Below, in pieces: positions 34,889 through 47,265 of a stretch of DNA of 64,000 bases (positions are counted from its first letter, which is position 1; each line of letters begins with the position of its first letter). This stretch comes from Chrysemys picta bellii. Taxonomy: Eukaryota. The position numbers and the translations under genes are program-made. Below the pieces are notes generated by a model. That model saw only the letters and a list, made by a program, of their open reading frames with translations. It did not search any database and had not been told where the DNA came from. The stretch covers positions 7,812,001-7,876,000 of the forward strand of contig NC_088792.1 in NCBI RefSeq assembly GCF_011386835.1. Reading direction: 5' to 3'.

Positions 34889-36218
34889 GTGAGTCAGAAA
34901 CAGCATCTCGGTGGCCCTCCAGTCTGCCTTCCTTCATGGTCATGCTGATGGCCCAGGACAAGAGATTCCAGCACATGCATTGTACTAGGAACTAGACAGG
35001 CCCTCATGAAGGGAGTCCTTTATTGCATCCACTTTACCAAAGGACTGGCCATTCCAATCCCTCCCCCGTGGTTCTGGAGAGCCATACAGCGGGCCCCGGG
35101 TCTTGTATTCTCAGGTTAGGTTCCATAACGGGTTCATTCACGGAAGCTGTTCAACATCCCCTTCACCAAAGAAGGGTGACCCCCAAAATATTCAGGGGTC
35201 AAAGTGTGGCTTAATTGACTAGCCAAATCTCTGAGCCCCCCTCCAATGCTACAAAACCCCCATTCCTGCCTCAGACCTCCACACAACTGCCCCAATCAGA
35301 TCCCCAAACATTCCCTTTTCAGTCTGTACAAATCCCCACTGCCCTCCCGTCCTAGGAGGCCTGTGTTCTGACTGTCTGGGGGGGCCCTGCGACCTCTGAG
35401 CAGGGGCCCTGCTGCCTGCTATTCCTTCGGCATCCTTTCTCCTTAAAAGGTGCAAGTAATAGTGGCCAAGCTCCTGCCGGTGTCTTGAAGCCTACAAAAT
35501 ATACGTGGCCTCCGTAATCCTCTACCTGGGGGTGACCAACCGTCCTGCTCCCCCACTCTGGGGTTTGCAGGGGTCTGTCTCCTGTTCCTTTACCTGGGAG
35601 CAGCATCGGGCTCTGACTGTAACTCCTCTTCCATGGCACTTCCAGCAAGTGCTTGTCCCCACCAGAAGTGAGAGAACATTTATCCAAACACCTCAACTGC
35701 AGTGCCTTCGTTTTTTTTTTTGTTTGTTTGTTCCAAAAGTAGGCAAGAGTTCGGCAGGCTTCCTATGTTATCTGCTTCCTTCCAGCCCTCTCTTCCTGGG
35801 GAGGCAAAGTTAGTATTGCTCCCACATTCTAGTCTTCTCTAGGGCTGTGTGACTGGTTCAGATGTGACTATAAGCTTCCTTGAACCAGGCCCCATTCAGG
35901 CATATGGAACACATGTTCTTGGAGACAAAGACAGAAGTAGACTCAATGAAGACTTACCTAGGTCTCCTGCTTCCAGGGTGCAGCCTTGGAGGTTTCCAAG
36001 GGTTCTCCATCACTGGAAACCTTGCGTGGTTGAAGCTCTAGTTTGAGGAAACTCTTCTGTTTGGCTTCTTCTGCCCCCGTAGCGCTCTAACGTTGGCAGT
36101 CAGCTAGTCTCTCTGAGGTGATCAGAGTGAGATGCCCTGTACCCATTCCTACAGGTGCTTCTCTTTGGGAGTCCATGAGCTCTTTCTCCATCACGTACTT
36201 TCTTGGTTCCCTTGGCAG

Positions 36219-36338
36219 GAGTGGCTCTGTGTTCCTGAGCGCAGGCTGCTGGAAGACAGCAAAAACCTTCCGGTCTTCGCCAGCGTGGGCCGAACCAACC
36301 GGGTTCTGCTCTTTGATGACATCCTAGTGCTGATTCAG
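36219..36338 (+). CDS. ALS2CL: ALS2CL coding exon 6 (PH domain start)
   Basis: cttggcag|; EWLCVPERRLLEDSKNLPVFASVGRTNRVLLFDDILVLIQ; |gtgagt; 120 nt. Confidence 0.95.
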
Positions 36339-36624
36339 GTGAGTCGGTCCTGGGAGGAGGATAAAGCGCTAACATAGTCGTCGTGAAAGGCTCAGTACTG
36401 CTGAAAGTGACGCCACTTCGGTTCAAATACCATAGTGGAGCCTGGCTGGGGTTTGAAATGCTGCAGCTCAGATCCATGTATGTTTTGACTTTCAATGGAG
36501 ATGAAGAGAAGAGAGCTGGGTAGGGAGGGAGAAGAAGAGCCCTAGCATAATTTTCTTTCCTAGTACCACCTGTGCAATCGTAACATCCATGCTACTTAAT
36601 GTCCATGGTTGGAAGTGTACTTAG

Positions 36625-36917
36625 AGGGCCGGCGCTTCCATTTAGGCGATCTAGGCGGTCGCCTAGGGCACCAGGATTTGGGGGGGGGGGGCGGCATTTT
36701 GCCGTCCTCGGCGACAATTCGGCGGCGGGGGGTCCTTCCGCGCTCCGGGTCTTCGGCGGCAATTCTGCAGCGGGGCCTTCACTCACTCCGGGACCCGCCG
36801 CTGAAGTGCCCCGAAGACCGGGAGCGCGGAAGGACCCCCGCCGCAGAATTGCCGACGACGATCGGGAGCGCGGAAGGACCCCCGCCTAGGGCGCCAAAAA
36901 CCCTGGCGCCGCTCCTG
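36625..36917. mobile_element. CpG-rich hAT MITE with internal inverted subrepeats
   Basis: Perfect 8-bp TSD gtacttag (36617-36624, 36918-36925); termini agggccggcgc/ggcgccgctcctg. Confidence 0.88.
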
Positions 36918-37654
36918 GTACTTAGTTCTTTTTTTTCCGTGAGAGAGAGAGTTCCTTGAACTGATGAGATTAGTCTAAAGCCTCAATCTGCCAATACTTA
37001 CGCACGTGGTTACGTGCTTGCGGGACTGAATGCAAAGTCTTTGGAAAATTTTAAGTAATAAAGCATGGAACAGAGTTTGAGCCAGAACTACCGCGCCTTT
37101 CAAACGCATTTCCTTTCTCTGCTTCCCCTGCTGCTACCCCTACCCCACATCCGTGCCTGGAGCAACGTGAGGTCCGCTTGGAATCTTATTGAGATGGGCC
37201 GCACGGGATGCATGCACTGCTGTCAAATGCTACTACAGCTGTGTGGATAACGGGATTTTTGGGTTGCTGGCAATTCTGGAATGGAAAAAATATGGGGCTG
37301 AGTGAAACCTTTTGTTTGAATTTTGAGCAATTTAAGGGATTTTGAATTCTTAAAATGTGAAGGAAATGTCAAAACGGTCCACTTAAAACTGGGAAATCAA
37401 AACATTTCGGTTTAGAAAGTGCCAAAACAAAACATTTAGACTTTTGGAATCTTTTTGTTTTGACACAAATAACTTGGTGACACTGACACGAATTCTCAAA
37501 GTTTTGGAGTTACCAAATCTGCCTTGCTTCCCTCCCCTCCCCAATTCAGCCAAAAAATGCCATCCAGCTCTACACGCGAAAGTCTGTTCCCTCGATCACC
37601 TGGGTATGTAATATCCACTCTTCTCAAACTGCACAACTTTGTCTGCTTCTTTAG

Positions 37655-37731
37655 GGGAACAACTGCCAGAGTTTTGATCTGAAGCTTGTGTGGGTGGATG
37701 GATCCGGCAGTGAAAAGCCAGCCCCAGAGAA
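37655..37731 (+). CDS. ALS2CL: ALS2CL coding exon 7 (PH)
   Basis: cttctttag|; GNNCQSFDLKLVWVDGSGSEKPAPE; AA|gtaagt; 77 nt. Confidence 0.93.
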
Positions 37732-37815
37732 GTAAGTGAAATACTTGCGCTTTGAAAACCGCCACATATTTCAAATCATTCACTTTGGGACCAGTCTCCT
37801 TCCCCTTACTGGTGG

Positions 37816-38973
37816 TAGGGTGACCAGATCACAAGAGTGAAATATCAGGACACATTGGGGGGGGGGGAGGAGGGGAAAGACAGACACAGGTGCACAGCCC
37901 CGACCGGAGCCAGAGGCGCACTGATCCGTCTGGCCCTATGCTACTAGCGTGTCCCTTCCTGCTGGGGGTGGGCCCGTGCTGCGCCACACGGCTCCCCGCC
38001 CAGTGCCCCCTGGATCCACTGTGCCCAGAGCCCCCCTACAAATGCACAGTACTGTGCACACCCACCCCGCCCAGTGCCCCCCTGCCCACAGCCCCACCAC
38101 GGCTGCCCAGCACCCCACACAGAACCCCCCACTCGCTAGTTTCCCAATACAGACAGATTTTCTCTCCCTCCCAGTGCCCTTCCCCACAGCCCCACCACCA
38201 CAACTATACAATGCCCCACAGCGATCCGCACTGCCCAGTGCCCTGACACACAGTTCTCCCCCATCTCCCAGCACCCCCCAACAGGCCCCCATTGTCTAGC
38301 ACCCCAAAACACACACACCTCCCTCACAGCCCAGCACCCCCCCACACACGCACACCTCCCAGACACTCACTCCATCACACCCTGCCCCCTTCCCTGGCCA
38401 CACTCATCAGCCCTGCTGGGAGGTCTCTGGCTCCTAGGGTGAGAGCGGCAAGGGAGGTCTCCAGACTCTCCATGTGCTGCGCCCACCACAAGCGGTAGCC
38501 CCGTCGCTCCCATTGGCTAGGAAAAGTGCCAATGGGAGCTGCCGGAGTCGCGGAGCGGGGCTTGCAGGCGCTGGCAGCACACAGAGCCTCCCCCCGCCCC
38601 CCTTCCAAGAGCCAGAGGGACCTGCCAGGGGGTGAAGTGGGGAGTCCAGGCGGTGATCACCTGGGGCGGCTCCTGTCCTGGGAAGCATCTGGCAGGCTGG
38701 TTCCTAGGGTCGTAGGTCGGGTCGGGTGTGGGGGGGCAGAGGGCTCTCTGCCCGCTCCCAATGCCTGCAAGCCCCGCCCCTATGTGGTGCTCCTGCCGGT
38801 GGGCGGGCATCGGGAGCTGCCCCAGAAGTGGTGAGCGGCGGTGACACGGCTGCGGTCTCGACGGTCCCCAATATTGGGACAAAAGGCGTCCCAACTGATG
38901 TAAGATCAGGACGTGGGACAAGTCCCCTAAAATCAGGACTGTCCCGATAATATCGGGACATCTGGTCACCCTA
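37816..38973. mobile_element. hAT (Blackjack-like termini) non-autonomous element, 1158 bp
   Basis: 14-bp perfect TIR tagggtgaccagat/atctggtcacccta; perfect 8-bp TSD actggtgg. Confidence 0.93.
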
Positions 38974-39074
38974 ACTGGTGGCTGCATGAGCAGGAGCTAG
39001 CTATGGGCTATTCATGATCCTATCTTAGACCCGTTCTCAGGAAGTTCAGATGTGTACTGCTGGTTTTACTGATT

Positions 39075-39532
39075 AGTTTGAGAATGCTCAATAATAAAAT
39101 GTCTTAGTGACCGTTTAAGGAGTTCAATCTCCTTAGTTTCTCAAAAGACAAAACTTGGATATAGGATGTAAGTACCGTCCTGGGGAGAAAATACCAGGCA
39201 TTAAAGGGCTCGTCAATGTAGTGGAGAGAGGTATAGTAGGAACTTATGGATGGAAACTGAAGCCAGACAAATTCACATTTAAAAACAAGGAATGAACTTC
39301 TAACTGTGAGGGTGATTTAACCACTGGAACACGCTACCAAGGGAAGTGATGGATTCTCCATCTCTTGATGTCTTTGGACCAAGACCGGTGGCTTTTTTGG
39401 AAGAGATGTTTGAGCCAAACCTAAGTGGGCTCAATCCAGGGGTTAGCGGCTGGAGCTCTCTGGCCAGTGTTATTCAGGAGGTCAGACTAGACAGTCATAA
39501 TGGTCCCTTCTGGTCTTAAAAATCTTTGAATC
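39075..39532 (+). mobile_element. CR1 3' fragment (decayed)
   Basis: ttaaccactggaac...ggattctccatctcttgatgtc...aatggtcccttctggtctt. Confidence 0.8.
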
Positions 39533-39576
39533 CAAGTGGCAATTACTTGGCTGCTGGGTCAGTCTCTGGAATATGT

Positions 39577-40075
39577 TCATAGAGGTGAAGGCCAGAAGTG
39601 CCTGTCAGATCATCCTCTGACCTCCTGTCTGTCACAGGCCACCAACGCATCCAGCATCCCCACACCAAACCCAACAACCCAAGTCTTGTAGGCCACAGGA
39701 GACTGGACTGTCATGTGCCAATGGTATAGAATAGGAGGGACCCACACGCTGCAGAGAGAGGCAGGAGACCCCGCCAAGATCACTGCCAAACTGACCTGGG
39801 GGACTACTCCTTCCCACCCCATGCATGGCGTTCAGTTACTCCCTGAGGATGTGAACAAGAACCAGCCAGCCAAGCACTGGAGAGAGACTGCTCAGTGCCA
39901 CACCAGAGCCCTGGCCCACCCTGCCCAGTGTCCCATCTTCAGCTGTGGCCGTCCCTGATGATTCAGAGGAAGGAGTTAAACCGCCCAGTATACATTGTGG
40001 GGAGGAAGAGGGGGAAATCCCTTCCTGACCCCTGCAGGTGGCTGGCTGATGCCCAGAACCATGAGTTTTTAGGCA
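39577..40075 (-). mobile_element. CR1 3' UTR fragment
   Basis: ttcatagag...ggccagaag...gatcatcctctgacctcctg is a reverse CR1 tail. Confidence 0.65.
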
Positions 40076-40195
40076 CATAAACCAGAAGTTGAGTACGAAG
40101 TAGTCAGGAAAGGGCAGTAAAGTCTTGCTGTGGACTGCTGTAGAGAGAGCTCTCGCCTTTCCCCACCTCCCTAATATTGCCTTTCTGCTTAGCAG

Positions 40196-40262
40196 GCATA
40201 CGATCCATATCGTCACACCAGAAGAAGTGTTTTTCCTCTCGGCCAAAGAGCCATGCATGAAG
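40196..40262 (+). CDS. ALS2CL: ALS2CL coding exon 8 (PH)
   Basis: gcttagcag|G; HTIHIVTPEEVFFLSAKEPCMK; |gtgagt; 67 nt. An alternative acceptor lies 3 nt upstream. Confidence 0.92.
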
Positions 40263-40742
40263 GTGAGTTGAAGTGACAGCAGTGTTCTGTAGATTCATTG
40301 TGTGCAATACCAGGGCCGTCCTGGCTGTTGGAATAAGGAGAAGACATAAAAGCTTTAAATGCTAAAAACAGCACTTGTGTTTTGATGCAAAACACTCAGA
40401 TGCCACCTTTTGTTCATAGGCTGATGGTTGGGATGTCCAGTCCTTGCTCACGTCCTGATTAGAAGTATAAGGTGGCCGTGTATCTGCCTAAATCCAGATT
40501 GGGAAGCTCCACTGTGGTTACTGGATGTTGTGCTAAAAGGCCTTCAACTTGAAACCTGAGCTCCCAGATGAGTAAATGGCAGGAATTTCCTAGTGTGGGA
40601 GCAGTGATCCAACATGATTACATGGGGGTGGGTAGATAAATGAGTAATATTGGACCCTGCTGGTGGCTGTCTGCCTGTTTCCCTGGAACGTAGCTTGTTC
40701 CCACCTCCTGCCTGAATCCTCTGGTCCCTTTGTTGCCCCCAG

Positions 40743-40939
40743 GCAGTCTGGCAGTGGAAGCTGAACCAAGCCGTGCGCCAGGCGCTGAATGGGAAGAGAG
40801 ATTTCCCCTTGTGGGGCGAGGCCAGGGAGGGAAGCGAGCCTCCTGTCCATCGCTGTTTCAAGTACGTGTTCCGAGCAGAGGGCAGATTCAAGAACGCCGC
40901 GTACGAAGGTGAATGGTACTGGGGGAAACCACATGGCAA
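40743..40939 (+). CDS. ALS2CL: ALS2CL coding exon 9 (PH end, first MORN)
   Basis: gcccccag|; AVWQWKLNQAVRQALNGKRDFP...AAYEGEWYWGKPHG; AA|gtaagg; 197 nt. Confidence 0.96.
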
Positions 40940-42955
40940 GTAAGGACCTCCGCTTGTGTTTCCAATTCTGTGTGTAAACTTTGAGGCCACCTATCGCTCT
41001 CATGCAGTGGGACCAGGCAGGCAATGTATCCGCTTCCCTCTGTCTGGCTTTGCCAGAGTCGTTCCTGTCATGTGATCCTTCCTGGGCCTCTTCACTAGGT
41101 ACTACTACTAGTACTGGCTTGTGCTGTAAACGGCCGGGTCCTAAGCTAGGGATGTAGCTAAGGGCTGTTGAAAGCATCACATGGAGTTGCACTTGAACAT
41201 GGTCATGGCTATAAAGACACCTGTCTGACAGAGCCTTGAATGCTCACCAGACCTGAACTCTACCAGCAAACAAGTCCTCTGGGTAACAAGAAAATACTCT
41301 ACGTGCCGGCTGGACCTGGCCCACCCTGGCCGAGTGGGTGAGTAGAATCACCCACGGCTAGTAATGTCCTCTCCACTCATAAGCCCTTTTTGTTACGAGC
41401 CCCAAACACTGCCCCGGTTTTGTGTCTACACATCGTAGGTATGACCCTTCTAGCAGTTCATAGATTCCCAGGCCAGAAGGGACCATTGTCGGACTGCATG
41501 ATGACACAAGCTGTGAAACTTGCACCGGAAAACGGGGACTGTGTTGCCATTGATCGTAGAATGGGGTGGACTAAGTGAGGTGCTGGGAGATTCTCTGGTA
41601 AAATGGCCACCTGGGTATTACTCAATCATCCCTGATGGAGAACTTATCCCTGGGTTCATGAGTCCCTTTTGGAAGAGCAAATGCTTTTCCCTTGGATTGC
41701 ACCAAATGGGAGATGTGTGTTAGTAGCACCCACAGCTCCTAAATGAGAGCAGGACCCCAGTGTGCTACTTACACATGGTAAAACACTGCTCCTTCCCCAG
41801 AGCGCTTTCCGTCTAGCCAGATGAGACACAGGGTGGGAGGAAGGGAAGTATTATCCCCGGGTTACCGAGGAGTCACTTTGGTACAGACACTGAGGGTATG
41901 TTTACATTGCAATTTTAAAACCCGTGGCTGGTCCATGCCAGCTGACTCTGGCAAAGGGCTTGTTTAATTGCAGTGTAGGGGTTCAGGATGGAGCCCGGGC
42001 TCTAGGACCCTCCCATCTAGCAAGGGGCTGGAACCCAGAATCCCTGTCTGTCTTCATCTGTTGTTTTTATACTTGGATTGTCAGTTCTTTGGGGCAGGGG
42101 CTGTCTTTGTTTGTATAGCACCTAGCACACTGGGGGTCCTGGTTCATGACTGGGACCCTAGGAGCTGTACAGCCTCAAAGCACTTTACAAAGGAGGTCAG
42201 TACCATTACCCCCATTTTACAGATGGGAAAACTGAGGCACATGGCAGTGAAGTGACTTGCCCAAGGTCAATCTACAGGCCAGTAGCAGAGCCAGGAATAG
42301 AACCCAGCTCTCCTGTGTCCCAGTCCTGGGCTCAGTAGTAATCTACTGTGGGCAGTTAATTTATAGGGCAGAAAAATCTCAAAGGGTTTTGCTTTGTGGG
42401 TCTGTTGGGATTGGGTATGTTGGCCAGACACCAAAGTCTTGTGAACCACTTGTAAGGGGAATGTGCCCTCCTGGGAGTCATGGAGTGAATCTGGCTCCAT
42501 GGCCAGTACTTGGAGCTGGTTGAAACCCTTGTTTTACTTGTCCAAATTCTGATGCGAAAGATTTTGCAAAAAAACCTTTTTTTCAATATTTTGCAATGTT
42601 GGGTGGTTTTTGATCCAATTAGAGTGGACACATTTCTGAAAAAAATTCTATCTTTATAAATAAGTTGCTAAAACCTTTCTTTTCTGCCCAGTGCTAGTTA
42701 TACCTTGGGAACAAAAAGTTGAAATAAGAGAATACCAGCTTTGTCACAACTGCCTCATTCTCAGGGTCAGATTCGCACCAGTCAGAAGACACAATCACTT
42801 CATTTGATTTGACCATCTCCATGACCTGAGTGTCTCTGCTTGGAATAGAACTATAAGAATTGCCAAAGCAGAACGAATCAATGGCTATGCAAAATGCCTC
42901 AATTAATATAAATCCCTCATTAGTTCCCCAATTCTGCTCCAGAGTGCACAAACTT

Positions 42956-43150
42956 GGCATATGTATTCACTGCACACAAAAAAGTGTGCTCTTAACTTGG
43001 GTTAAAATAGCAGTGAAGACACAGCAACTCTGCTTTAACATGGGTTAGCAGCTCAGGTTAGTCTATAGGCCAGCCTGGGATTGACCTCCGCTGCTAACCA
43101 GAGTTAAGAATCTGCCTTTTTTTTGTGTGTGTGTGCAGTGAAGACATACC
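42956..43150. mobile_element. Harbinger-type MITE
   Basis: Termini tatgtattcactgcac/gtgcagtgaagacatacc. Confidence 0.7.
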
Positions 43151-43339
43151 TAGTATCATTATCCACGCTCATGAGCATAATCAATCACCTCTGAGGTCTA
43201 GGACAATCCCTCCATGTAATTATACTATGGGGCAGGGGTGGAGGACTTCCTGACCTTAGTTGAGGAGTGGACTATGCCTAGAAGCATGAGTATTAAAAGC
43301 TCTTGATGTTCTAGCATACTTAGGATATCTCCATTTATT

Positions 43340-43511
43340 TATCTCCTAGAACTGGAAGAGACCCTGAAAGGTCATCAAGTCCAGCCCCCCTGCCTTCACT
43401 AGCAGGACCAAGTACTGATTTTGCCCCAGATCCCTAAGTGGCCCCCTCAAGGATTGAACTCACAACCCTGTGTTTAGCAGGCCAACGCTCAAACCAGTGA
43501 GCTATCCCTCC
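43340..43511 (-). mobile_element. Tortoise-type Pol III/SINE (tRNA head plus CR1-derived tail)
   Basis: Reverse strand has A box tagctcactgg, B box gagttcaatcc and a CR1-like tail ggactt gatgacc...cttccagttct. Confidence 0.88.
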
Positions 43512-43520
43512 GCCCCCTTA

Positions 43521-43824
43521 GTCCTGGTCTATACTGGGGGGAGGGTCGATCTAAGTTACGCAACTTCAGCTACCTGAATAACGTAGCTGAAGTCGACGTA
43601 TTTAGATCGACTTACCGTGGTGTCTTCACCGCGGTGAGTCGACTGCTGCCGCTCCCCCATTGACTCTGCTTGCGCCTCTCGCAGCGCTGGAGTACAGGGG
43701 TCGACGGGAGAGCACTCGGGGGGGGGGGGGGTGTCGATTTATCACGTCTAGACTAGACACGATAAATCGATCCCCGCTAGATCGATCGCTGCCCGCCGAT
43801 CCGGCAGGTAGTGAAGACATACCC
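43521..43824 (+). mobile_element. PIF/Harbinger-type MITE, CpG-rich
   Basis: TTA on both sides; TIR cctggtctatact/agtgaagacataccc; same family as 23889, 47409 and 58953. Confidence 0.88.
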
Positions 43825-43885
43825 TTAGAGAAACTGCAACTGTTCTTGATCCGCTTCGTATAATGATACTTGCTTTGAATTGCAG

Positions 43886-43951
43886 GGGGACGCTGAAGTG
43901 GCCTGATGGCCGGAACCATGTTGGGGATTTCAAAGAGGGCCTGGAACATGG
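43886..43951 (+). CDS. ALS2CL: ALS2CL coding exon 10 (MORN)
   Basis: attgcag|G; GTLKWPDGRNHVGDFKEGLEH; GG|gtaagc; 66 nt. Confidence 0.96.
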
Positions 43952-44576
43952 GTAAGCCTTTATAAAGCTGGCTTCCCTCGCTTATAAACACAAGTACAGG
44001 GGGGCTGGCTGATAAAGGGTCAGCGAAAGGGGAACCCTAAAGCATGAGTTTTCTCGCCCAGTCCCTCTAGAGAAACATGGAGTTATGACCACTGCCCACC
44101 GGGCAAGTGGAACAATATTCATGCCTTGAATCCAAATCTCCGTGCAGGTGTTTTAATCCCTAGTTGTAGCTAGTAATGACTGAAGTGCCTGATACATGAG
44201 GAGCTGCTAGTCCAGGCAGAACGCAGGGCAGCAGCCTTTCCCGCCAGTCTTTGGATTTCTGAATATTGCCACGTTGTCTCGTCTGCGCAAATGCATCTGG
44301 TGGCTGGTACGCAAGAGAACAAGAGTCTGCTACAGCTGTTGAGCTCAAGCAATAGTGATTCATGCTTCGCGCAGCCAGTCCTGGGTTGAATCCCCAGTTG
44401 TTAGAGCACCCACACCCACATGGAGTGTGTTGCCTCATAGACACGTGCTACAGCTGGGGGCGGGCGTCAATCACTTTCCTCTCACACCTATGAAGGGGAG
44501 ATCATCTGGGCCAAGTTCATCCCTGGGGTTAATCCATTGAAACCTAGAGAGATGGATTTGACCTGTGTGTGTAGCT

Positions 44577-45304
44577 CCGGGGTGGGCAAACTTTTTGGCC
44601 CAAGGGCCACATCTGGGTGGGGAAATTGGATGCAGGGCCATGAATGTAGGGCTGGGGCAAGAGGTTGGGGTGCGGGCGGGGGGTGTGGTGTGCAAGAAGG
44701 GGCTCAGGGCTGGGGGCAGGAGGGGTGCAGGAGGGGTGCGGCAGGGGGTTGGGGGTTCAGGGCAGGGGGTTGGGGTGCAGGCAGGGTGCAGCAGGGGGCT
44801 CAGGGCAGGGGTTTGGGGTGTAGGAGGAGGTTGGGGTGTGGGCTCCGGCCTGGCGCCGCTTACCTCGAGCGGCTCCGGGGTGGCAGTAGCATGCAGTGGG
44901 GCTAAGGCAGGCTCCCTGTCTGCTCTGGCCCCACGCCGCTCCCAGAAGCGACCCAGCATGTCCGGGAGTGGCTCCTGGGGGTGGGGTGGGGCAGGCGGCT
45001 CAGCTGCACGCTGCCCTTGCCTGCGGGTACCACCCCCAAAGCTCCCATTGGCCACGGTTTCCTGTTCCCAGCCAATGGGAGCTGTGGGGGGTGGTGCCTG
45101 CAGGCGAGGGCAGTGTATGGAGCCCTCTGCCCCTTCTCCCCCAGGGGTTGCAGGGACGTGGTGCCAGCCGCTTCCGGGAGCGGGGCAGGGCCAGGGCAGG
45201 CAAGGAGCCTGCCTTAGCCCTGCAGCACCACAGGGCTGGCAATCCCGCAGCCCAGATTGAAAGCCCTGACGGGCCGGATCGGGGCCGTAGTTTTCCCTCC
45301 CTTG
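44577..45304. mobile_element. GC-rich hAT (Charlie-type) element
   Basis: Termini ccggggtgggcaaact/agttttccctcccttg; TSD gtgtagct/gtgtagat (7 of 8). Confidence 0.87.
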
Positions 45305-45408
45305 GTGTAGATGGTTTCGGAGTGACACCTGTTTAAAATTCTTCTGCTGTAGCTGTTCTTCCCCCTCTCGCCCTGCCCTTATGCTGAAGTCTCCTGTCTG
45401 CCCTCTAG

Positions 45409-45507
45409 GTTTGGAATCTGCCTTGTCCCGCTCATCTCCGAAGACAGGTACGACTGCTACAAATGCCACTGGTGTGAAGGCAAAATGCGAGGCTATGGAA
45501 TCTGTGA
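45409..45507 (+). CDS. ALS2CL: ALS2CL coding exon 11 (MORN)
   Basis: ccctctag|G; FGICLVPLISEDRYDCYKCHWCEGKMRGYGIC; GA|gtaagt; 99 nt. Confidence 0.96.
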
Positions 45508-47265
45508 GTAAGTAATGCTCAGAGCACGACCTCCGGGGAGCGCAGTTTCCTAGCTGCTTGGCGGGTGGCTGCTCACCTCTCGGCCACAGAGGACGAACCA
45601 CAGGGCAGGGCAGGCCACAGAAGGAATCTGCTGTTCCTGCTGCCCCGAAGCCCGGCTCCGTGCTGCCTTGTTCTGCAGCAGCACGGGGCTGGAGGGGCAG
45701 GGTGGAGCGGCTGATTGATTCCCGGGCCTAAAATCTCCTGCATCTAGGAGTATCACAGGGCCCTGGTCCGGTTTCTCGGCCTGTGGGCCTTAATATAGGT
45801 AGCAGCAGCCATGGGATACTGCAGCCTCTCTGCACCGTGGCAGGACTAGCATTTTGGGGTCAGTCAGATACTTTCTAGAACAATCTTGGTGTCTCGTCCT
45901 CTGTTTAGCCTGTGCCGTGCTGCCTAACTTAGGCTGTGTGTGCATCGCTCCTTGATGATCTTAATGATGCACACAGCTTTCTCCTGTCTTTTTTGCCTGG
46001 TGTGCTGGGTGGGCTAAATGTGCACCTGCACCTTCGGCGGGCAGGGCTGGAATTGTTCTCCTAGACTGCTAAAGCAAACAGGGCAGTTGGCCTAGCAGTG
46101 TTCTCTTGGATTTGGTTTCCGGGAGGACTCCTGGACCCGAAGTCCTGTCAAGTTAAACACTGGAATAGAGGGTAACATGAGTTCTGACTGGGTTTCCAGG
46201 AACTCTTTCCCATTGAGGGGCGTTAGGTTCATGTCGCCCTTTTCCTGTTCCGCTATGTGGTTTGCTGTCCCTGAACTATAGGGGAGCTGGGTGGAACCCA
46301 GACTGAAAAGAGCTATGTAAGGGAAACACCCATATTCTGCATCGTAACGCCCCGTCATCCTTGTTCAGCAAACACAGGACTCCAAAACAGAGGCCTTCTC
46401 AACTGGAGTGTATTTGTACATAACCCTCTAACTTCCAGCCCAGGTTGACTGATGGGGACAGGGGCTGTCTTCTCTTGTTTGTACAGCACCTCGCACAGCG
46501 GAACCCTGATCCTTGCTGTGGACCTGTTGGTGCTTCTGTAATACCAACTTGGCTAGTCCAATCCTGATATAGTTAACTTTATAAATACCCACCAACGCCT
46601 CTGTCGTCTCCACTCTAGCCAACCTTGCTCTGACCCTCTCAAATTGGTAGCAGTCGAGAATACAACTTGGGTCTCTGGAGTGGGAGTCAGACCTACCGTG
46701 CAACTCTGCTGTGTTTCCTGTGATGACTTCTAGTTACGCAGGCTGAATTGGGCTATCAAATCATGCTTTAGAATGCAAGATGTTTCCAGGAGTCAACAAG
46801 CAGTGTCTCCATGTGGAACACTGCTCAGTTGGCCAAATGCATTCTGGGTTTGCCAGCATCTAAAGCAGCAAGTACTTGCGCCTTCTGGAGAAAGGGTAGT
46901 TGATGGAGTGAGCGAAAATGGCAAATACTATGATAGGATCTTTTAATGCTGACTTTTAATGTCTAGGTTCATAATGTTCTGCAGAATATACCTGCATTGT
47001 TGACTGGACTGAGACATATAGCAATAGTTCTCTAGCTATGTTAAAAGTTTAATCGTTTTACATTACAAATAGGCCATATGAGGGGAACTCAGCTATACTA
47101 CTTGCGTAGTGTGTCTCGTGTTGGGAGCATAACATCATCTAACCTTCACAGTAGCCCTGTAACTCTCCACACTGTTTTCTTTCTAGAGGCAGAGGGAGAT
47201 GCATTGGCATGTATAAGAATTAGGACTAGGGGCTGGCTTATTCCCAGGCCTATGCTCTCTGAAGC

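Noticed and set aside
37890-38987. Cluster of 100-156 aa ORFs
   Set aside because: All fall within the TSD-bounded non-autonomous element 37816-38973, with no transposase motifs.
39480-39630. Tail-to-tail CR1 ends forming a short imperfect inverted repeat in intron 7
   Set aside because: About 50 nt with many mismatches, which is expected at this CR1 density.
44471-45601. 376-aa minus ORF and 231-aa plus ORF
   Set aside because: They are explained by the GC-rich hAT element 44577-45304, and the longer one is antisense to ALS2CL exon 11.
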